64,000 bases of DNA from the NCBI RefSeq assembly GCF_001194135.2, contig NC_069000.1, forward strand, positions 24,185,856-24,249,855. The letters run 5' to 3'. The notes beneath the pieces were generated by a model. The model saw only the letters and a program-made list of their open reading frames with translations, had not been told where the DNA came from and did no database searches. A program made the position numbers and the translations under genes. Of this stretch, positions 63,706 through 64,000 are shown one piece after another. Origin of the DNA: Octopus bimaculoides. Lineage: Eukaryota. The stretch's first letter is position 1; the number at the start of each line of letters is the position of its first letter.

Positions 63706-64000
63706 ACATACACATGCTCACCCACACTCATGTGAAACATTTGCATGTACACCCACATATATAAGCAACCATACACATGTACATATATACATACCCGCAC
63801 ACACACACGCGCGCACAAAAAAGTTCATATACACGTCTATATATGCACGTGCACAAGAAAAATGCAAGGTGAAAGGTAAAATGCAGAAAAAATGGGTAAA
63901 AATATATAAAGCAATAAAAATATAAAAATATATCTATAAATATGTAAAAAATATGTAAAAAATATATAAAAACATATATATAAAAAGTATAGGGAGATAA

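Noticed and set aside
1-64000. CRISPR arrays, rRNA genes or prokaryotic operons
   Set aside because: None seen; the DNA is eukaryotic with spliceosomal introns, and its repeats are microsatellites or TEs.

Overview
Repeat-dense, gap-riddled animal genomic DNA. The SINE and LINE families look like those of octopus (my recognition, not a database result). Two multi-exon protein-coding genes can be reconstructed by hand on the minus strand. Gene 1 (58546->37892) is the 3' end of a Cys-rich, probably secreted VWD-family gene with the order C8, TILa/EGF, EGF, VWD, stop; one of its EGF exons is missing from the ORF track. Gene 2 (about 15630->3796) is a phase-consistent chain of small exons encoding a protein I cannot identify, with a stop codon and AATAAA. 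The rest is transposable-element debris: an RTE LINE with a PHD-like finger, a degenerate Gypsy LTR element, four or more Penelope-like (GIY-YIG) elements, three mariner copies, a hAT/Charlie derivative, fragments of R4/Dong, HERO, CR1 and BovB type, many SINEs, microsatellites and assembly gaps. The most interesting signals are (a) a Penelope 3' module in which a tRNA-like Pol III-type head sits just upstream of a minimal hammerhead ribozyme, present in two places, (b) many fold-back or inverted-repeat structures from 50 bp to about 6 kb, and (c) the unidentified gene 2. Coordinates were read by eye; repeat boundaries are approximate.
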